From: the human T2T-CHM13v2.0 reference genome, Homo sapiens
NCBI RefSeq assembly: GCF_009914755.1
Contig: NC_060928.1
Strand: one strand, 5' to 3'
DNA: 64,000 nt
Shown here: piece by piece, positions 57,620 through 64,000 of the stretch
Numbering within the stretch: position 1 is the first letter of the stretch
Layout: every line of letters starts with the position of its first letter
Made by a program: the position numbers and the translations under genes
The notes under the pieces: generated by a model
Seen by the model: the letters and a program-made list of their open reading frames with translations, nothing else
What the model was told of the DNA's origin: nothing
Database searches by the model: none

Positions 57620-57933
57620 GTTTTTGTTGTTGTTTTTATAAGAGACAGGGTCTTGTTCTGTTGCCCAAGTGGGGTGCAGTGGTGCAATCATATCTCACTG
57701 CAACCTCGAACTCCTGGGCTCAAACAATCCTCCCATCTCAGCTTCCTGAGTAACTAGGACCACAGGCACATGCCACCGCACCCAGCTAATTAATTTTTTT
57801 TTTTTTTTTTTTGGTAAGAGATGAGGTCTCACTGTGTTGCCCAGGCTGGTCTCAAATTCCTGGCCTCAAGTGATCCTCCCACCTTGACCTCCCAAAACAC
57901 TGGGATTAAGGTGTCAGCCACTGTACTCTGCCC
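57620..57933 (-). mobile_element. AluJ
   Basis: Reverse Alu dimer. Confidence 0.9.
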
Positions 57934-58239
57934 CGAGAGTTTGTCTTGAAGCTATTTCCTGACATACTATTTGGAGGCTTCTTAAATTCCTTCTCATTTA
58001 GAGTCTGGTGGGCCCCAGAGTTGAGGCAGGACTTGGAATTACAGGTGGAAATTAAGCAGCCCTGGTGGTGAGGGTGAGGGGAGGTAGTTTCTAGTAGAAA
58101 GCACCAAAAATCAACACTCCTGAGGAATTCAATACTGGAAGAATTGTTATGCTCTTCTTGGAACAAGGCAAATCTGTTTTCAGAGATCTTTCAGCCCTGT
58201 AGGTATCTAACTAAGCACTTAAGTGATGCGATTGTGGGA

Positions 58240-58450
58240 GAAGGCAGTTAAGGGCACACTCTGGAGCCTTATAATAGGTTGGGTCCAAGCTTTACCACTT
58301 CCTTTGTGATCTTGAGCAGGTTATTTAAGTTACGTTTGCTTCAGTTTCTTTTTCTGTGAAATGAGGACAGCATTTCAGAGGGTTGCTGTAAAGATTAAAT
58401 TTGTTATGTAAAAATACTTTGCATGTTGTACAGCCAGCACAGGTGCCAAT
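58240..58450 (+). mobile_element. MIR
   Basis: GTGATCTTGAGCAGGTTATTTAA...CTTCAGTTTC. Confidence 0.7.
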
Positions 58451-59799
58451 TGTAATGTTTTTAAATGTTTTGAGAATGTCATGCTAAACTGAGGACATAG
58501 ATTTTATCAGTTCTACTTTGTGGTATGTATGTCAGTGGGTCCAGAATTCCCCTGGAGAGCACAGGAAAGTGCTGGGGTGAGCAGGAACATACAGGATGAG
58601 GAAAAAAAGAATTCAAGCATTTATGACACTACCCTATAGTAACTAAGAGAAAGGAAAAATGAAGGGGATAAGTAGAAAATCAGCCCATGGAACTATAGTC
58701 ACAAACACTTAGAAAAGGTCTACTGTAAGCTGTAAACCATTACTTTTCCACAAATGGGCTGCAGTTTGGTACCTTGATGTCCATGTAAATTGTGCTCCCA
58801 AAGAATATAAAGTAACCACTGGGAAAAGCTGAGTCCCCCTTTGGGTGATAGCAAAGGTTGGAAACATTTAGGTTTGATATTTGGAGGCATTTAAATAGCA
58901 TGGAATGTCTATTATATACCCTAAAAAGCAGAACGAATCTTGGATATTATGGACACAAATGCATTTGGCATGAGCTTAAAAAAAGTGCATGTGAGCTTCT
59001 TTCTAAGACCCAATAATCCTCTTGGGCAAAGTAAGGATTAGGCCTCCCTCACAAACAAGGCAGGGAGTTCATTTTTGCTAAGATTCCTCAGCTGATGCCA
59101 AATTTAGCAAGGGACCCATTTTTTCCCAATGAATGACAATCTCCATTTACATTTTTAATGTCCACTCCTTTAGGCAGGTCTAGGGCTGGAGCAACTTATT
59201 TGCATATAGATAGGAGACAGGACCCTGGCTCCTACAGACTACATTGGGACCCTCAGAGACCTTCCTGAGCCAGAGTCCCTTTACCTCACTCGCTTACAAA
59301 AGGGGAGGGGTCTCCTACCCCAGAGCCTGAAGTAGGAAGGACTCAGGGGCTGAAAAAAGCTGGGGCCAAACTCATTCTGTTTTAAAGACAGCCTTGAAGA
59401 TGCATTCACCAACAGCCATCCCTGCCTAGTGCCTGCGACTCCTGCCAGTGAGAGGTGGCCTCTAGGCAGCTCCTCTAGGTTAATTCTGTCATCCTTGACC
59501 TTGAGGAGCCCTTTCTTTCACACCACTCACTGGGTCCTCTATATCTATTCCCAAGGAGCTCAGGTAATGCCCTATATTTCCTGTTCTTATCTGCAAAAAA
59601 ACCCCTCCACTTTGGATTTAAATATTTATATTCCTCCCCAAATGTTTTGGGCAATTTGTAGTTGCCCTTTTTAAGGAATTAACCCATCAAGACACCACCA
59701 TCCTGTCACCCTCCCCATGGTGACTTTCCACATCCATCTCCCTTATGCAGGCCATGTTGATTGAACAATGATAGCACCTGTCTTGCAGTGGTTATTAAG

Positions 59800-60260
59800 C
59801 CACAGGGTAGATAATACTTTGTCCCCTTTTTACAGATGAGGTCCTGAGGTTCAGAGAGAATAGTGGCCAGGAACTGGCAGAGATCAGATTAGAACCCAGG
59901 TTGATCCAGCTACAAATCCTTTGTGTGCCTCCCCAACAAGACTGGAGGTCAGAAGCTGTCTTTTATTCTACACCAATTCCAACTCGGAGCCTGCATGTAG
60001 AACATGCTCATCCCTTGTTGATGTAGGTACGCAGATCATGTTTTCTCACTTGGGATTTGCCATGTAGGCCCTCCCCCTGCTTTTTACCTTTGGTTCATCA
60101 ACTGTCAAAGGTAAAGGGACCCCCAGGCTCATCTGTACTAACCTCCTCATTTTACACATGAGAAAATAGTAGCCCAGAACATGAAAATGACTTGCTCATA
60201 GCAATTACAGAGACGGCCTTGTGCAGGTGTCCTGGCTGCAGGTCCAGTAATGTTTCCTGC
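59800..60260 (-). mobile_element. Two MIR fragments (about 59800-59920 and 60130-60260)
   Basis: TTTTACAGATGAGG and TTTTACACATGAGAAA cores. Confidence 0.6.
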
Positions 60261-60859
60261 TATAATAGGGTATGTATATATGGCCTTTTAGAGGGTCTAC
60301 TTAACCATCCGTGCTCCCTTCCCTGATGTTTTGTGGGAACAGGGAAGAAGGATTACCAAATCGACTTTCCTGCTTTACTTCCACCGTGCTTGTTGCATGT
60401 TCTCTTTCTTGCTCCTTTCCACAAGTAGCTCCTTTCCAAAGTGCTTTTCTGGAGATGATTAATGGTACTACACCATGCAGCATAGTCTAGGAGAGGCATG
60501 TCAGAGGTATTTGGACTGGGATGTGTTCTATGTGACCCCAGCTTTACCCTTTGATGAGACTCCCCTGATGCAGGATGTTAGCCCTTTGTGGCTTCAGCTG
60601 AGGGTCTGAGCGTTGGCTGAGTTATATTCACATTGATGTAGTCCAAGCAGAATATCAGCAACAGAGCTGTACTCTGGGAAGACAGTAATTCCCATTCGAA
60701 TGAGACAGGATAGATAACTGCAGGGAACCCATCAGGAAGCTGGCCTCGTGTCCACTCGGCATATTTTTATTAACCAAATACTTATTGGGCATCATCCAAG
60801 GAAGAGAACCATATGGGGCCAAGGAAGAAAGGAGAATCTCAAATAAGATTAAGACTATG

Positions 60860-61110
60860 ACATCATAGTTAAGAGCATAGACTTTGTCATCAGCCAGATC
60901 TGGAGTCAAATTCTTTTTTCACCAGCATTTGGACAAACTTCCTGCACTTCTTTGAGTCTGTTTCCTCATGAATAAAGTAGGGACTAATAGCAGAAAGTCA
61001 CCTGCCTTCAAGGTTGGCTGTAAGGATGGTAAGAAGCTGTGCAGAAACAGTTTGGCCCCCAGCCTGGCTCAGAGCACTCCATAAGGTAATGGCAACTTTG
61101 AGGACTGATG
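60860..61110 (+). mobile_element. MIR
   Basis: CATAGTTAAGAGCATAGACTTTG...GTTTCCTCAT. Confidence 0.7.
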
Positions 61111-61459
61111 CTTGGATACCTGCCCTCCCTGGGGCATGCGACTGGGGGAAGCAAGTGTCTACACCGACTGTGTAAAAGTGAATGACAAGGAGAGGGAGGC
61201 ATGCTGAGTGTGGGCTGCTCTCATGGTCTCTTTTCCCAGGACTTATGGCGTGTATGTGTATATTTATTCAGTTAATTTTGGCTTTCTTCCCATTAATTTA
61301 TAATTCCACAAAGGGAAGGATCGTGTCTGTTTTGCCACGAGTCCAGTGCCTAATCCAATGTGTGGCCTGTGGTTAGCCCTTAGCAATAGTTGATTGAATG
61401 AATGGATGATTGGGCTAGGTATAGATGTGACTAGGCTCTGGGTTTCAGCATGAAATATC

Positions 61460-61789
61460 TTTTTTTTTCTTTCTTTCTTTATTTTATTTATTTATTTATT
61501 TTTGAGACAGAGTCTCACTCTGTCACCCAGGCTGGAGTGCAGTGGCATGATCTCAGCTCATTGCAACCTTCCTCCACCTCCTGGGTTCAAGTGGTTCTCA
61601 TGCCTCAGCCTCCTGAGTAGCTGGGATTACAGGTGTGAGCCACCACAACCAGCTAGTTTTTGTATTTTTAATAGAGATAGTGTTTCACCATGTTGACCAG
61701 GTTGGTCTCAAACTCCTGACCTCAAGTGATCTGCCTGCTTTGGCCTCCCAAAGTGCTGGGATTAGAGGCGTGAGCCACTGCACCTGGCC
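61460..61789 (-). mobile_element. AluS
   Basis: Reverse Alu; TSD TGAAATATCT. Confidence 0.95.
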
Positions 61790-62059
61790 TTGAAATATCT
61801 ATCTTAATACATCCTGCATCATTTCAGCAGTGTGACCGGTGCTAGAAAGTTCTTGTAGGGGCAGGAATGCTGTCTGGGTGTCAGGGGTAGGGACTTCATC
61901 ATTTCTCTAGATCTAGGGACAGTTGGACTTGAGAGAGGGGTCTCATCTGAATTTCAGTCAGTCTACTTTCTTCTTCTGAAGCTTCCTCTTTAAAGAGGCT
62001 TTTGGTATTAAATGTTTGCTACTGTATCAATGGACTTTTAGGATCACAGAATCCAAAGG

Positions 62060-62270
62060 CAGTATGGAACAAGAGAGCTTAAAAATTAGAGTATGAGACC
62101 CTGCTGTGCCAGTCGTGTGGCTTAGAAGTCCTGACCTTGAGCGAATAACTGTCCCTCTATGAGGCTGTCTCTGCATCTGTTAAATGGGGATAAATAATAC
62201 TTGCTTTACTTGCCTTTTAGGATTATTGAGGGCCAAATGAAATAATGTTTGGGAAGTGCTTTATAAGCTA
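62060..62270 (+). mobile_element. MIR
   Basis: TGACCTTGAGC...CATCTGTTAAATGGGATAA. Confidence 0.7.
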
Positions 62271-63114
62271 TAATCTGGTATTAAAGTAATGAATAATGGT
62301 TCGCTGTAGAGATTTGTATTGTTCTCTGGGAACACTAGTCTGTTACTGTAGGCTAATGATAGAGGATAGGGAAAGAAAGGCCTAGACTGAATTTTTTCAG
62401 GAGGTATTTGTCTCTCTCTACTGATACTAGTTTCACAGAAACCCTGCTTCTTCCTCCACTGGCTATTTTCAGCAGTTATTGGAGCTCTCAAAGTAATCCC
62501 CTTCACCAACTAGTGTGGAGTCTTTCTGCTGCCCACATATGCTCTCAGGATAGGCACTTCCATTTCCTAGAGAAGATGTTCCTTTAAAAATGTAGAAAAT
62601 TTAGACCCTTAGACTCATTCTATTAAGAAAAAATAAGGCTAATTTTACTATTATCTGATAATTAAAATAATAAACATTAATTGTAAACAATTTGCAAGAC
62701 ATAGAAAAGAGAGAAGAAAAATAGTACCCATAATCCTGTCACCCAGTAGTAACATTTTGGAATACTTGCTGGTGTTTTGTTTTTATGCATATGTTTTATC
62801 TCATATGAATAACAAAAGAGTGATGTGGAAAAATTAAAGGCATACATGGTTTGATATGTGGTTGATACCTACCAAAGTATACAAAGCCCAGTAATCCTAA
62901 AAGGAATCTAATGGGGTAGGTAGTGGAGAGGGTGAGGCCTTTAGCCATAGCTCTTTCTACTTTTTAATTTAATTTTTCTTTTCTTCTTTACAATAAGGAT
63001 GATTATTGCCTCAAATGATAAGAAGATTAACTGAATTACTGTTTTTAAAGCACAAATAATCTGGTACATACCATGTGCCCAGTAAATGTAAGTTTCAGTT
63101 CTACGGGTAAAAAT

Positions 63115-63340
63115 TTAATAATTATTGCCAGGCACTGTTCTGATTGCTTTATACATATTAATTCATTCAAGCCTCACATCTACCCTTTGATGAAGGTGCT
63201 ATTAGTATTCTTATTTTATAGGGGAAAAAACAGGCATAAGAGGTTAAGTGACCTGCTCAAACACCTTCCTAGGTGACAGAGCCAGAACAGGACCCCAGGC
63301 AGCTGGCTCCGGAATCCACATCGTCCATATACATTACACA
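63115..63340 (-). mobile_element. MIR
   Basis: TGCCAGGCACTGTTCT...GAGGTTAAGTGACCTGCTCAA. Confidence 0.75.
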
Positions 63341-64000
63341 GCCTGCTGCTTGTTGGAGTTGTCTTAAGATCTAGGCTCTGAGTGCTTGTAGCTAGGGGCA
63401 CACCGCTTCCATGAAGATATCATCTGTTCACTATAAAGCCCTTGTGAGAGCCCTTGGTTTTCTTATGCACTTGTCCTGGGCTACTAGCTGTGTCAAAGGG
63501 CTCAGTGGGTAGAGGGACTGATGTCAGCAGTAAACTGAAGCAGATTAATATTTATTAGGCAGGTTAAAAGATTTGGCAGGTCATTTGGCTTTTTCTCCTA
63601 TCCACCCTTTCCTCATCTTTCTGCAAGGTTGACATAGAGGTCATTGGCTAAGATCTGGAGATAATTAAGCTTACGGTTTCAGAAAGAGTCAGAAATATGC
63701 TGAATGTTACTGGGGTATATTGTACACCTGGATTTGTTTGGCAAGTTTCAGGGGGAAATCAAGTGAAAAAAAGCAGCAGCCAGAGCAGGAGGTGCAAATG
63801 GACAGAGGTTTGAGACATACAAAGTGCATCTCTGCAGAGCTGAAGGGTTATGTGTGGCCCTCCTGTAATAAAACAAGCTGTAGACCAGGGTAGGTAAGCA
63901 GAAAGACAGGAGGAGGCTTTAAGTACAAATGAATGGCATGCCTATGACTAAAACACTAGATAGGATACAGGCCTGAGGGCATGCAGAGGGAGCTTCCTAG

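Overview
Primate (human-like) genomic DNA, mostly intronic and rich in repeats (about 35 Alu elements or monomers, L1/L2/CR1 fragments, MIRs, MLT1 LTRs, MER20/MER30/MER46 DNA transposons). There is no bacterial-type system, CRISPR array or long genuine ORF; nearly all ORFs in the track are Alu-derived or chance. The gene-like content is: (1) a CpG-island promoter and first exon at about 49.86-50.6 kb on the + strand, ending ATG|GTGAGT and followed by intron to the window end; (2) a candidate alternative first coding exon about 50 kb upstream (218-328, MPISLLACCG...KLKKTTKH|GTAAGT) in the same splice phase, which could add a di-cysteine/polybasic N-terminus; (3) a SUMO2 processed pseudogene (about 28.68-30.37 kb) carrying two internal Alus plus one at its 5' edge, inserted into one copy of an older local duplication whose other copy keeps the empty site. 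I cannot name the host gene. Several small template-switch scars and nested insertions can be read directly from the sequence. Repeat subfamily calls come from recalled consensus sequences and their boundaries are approximate.
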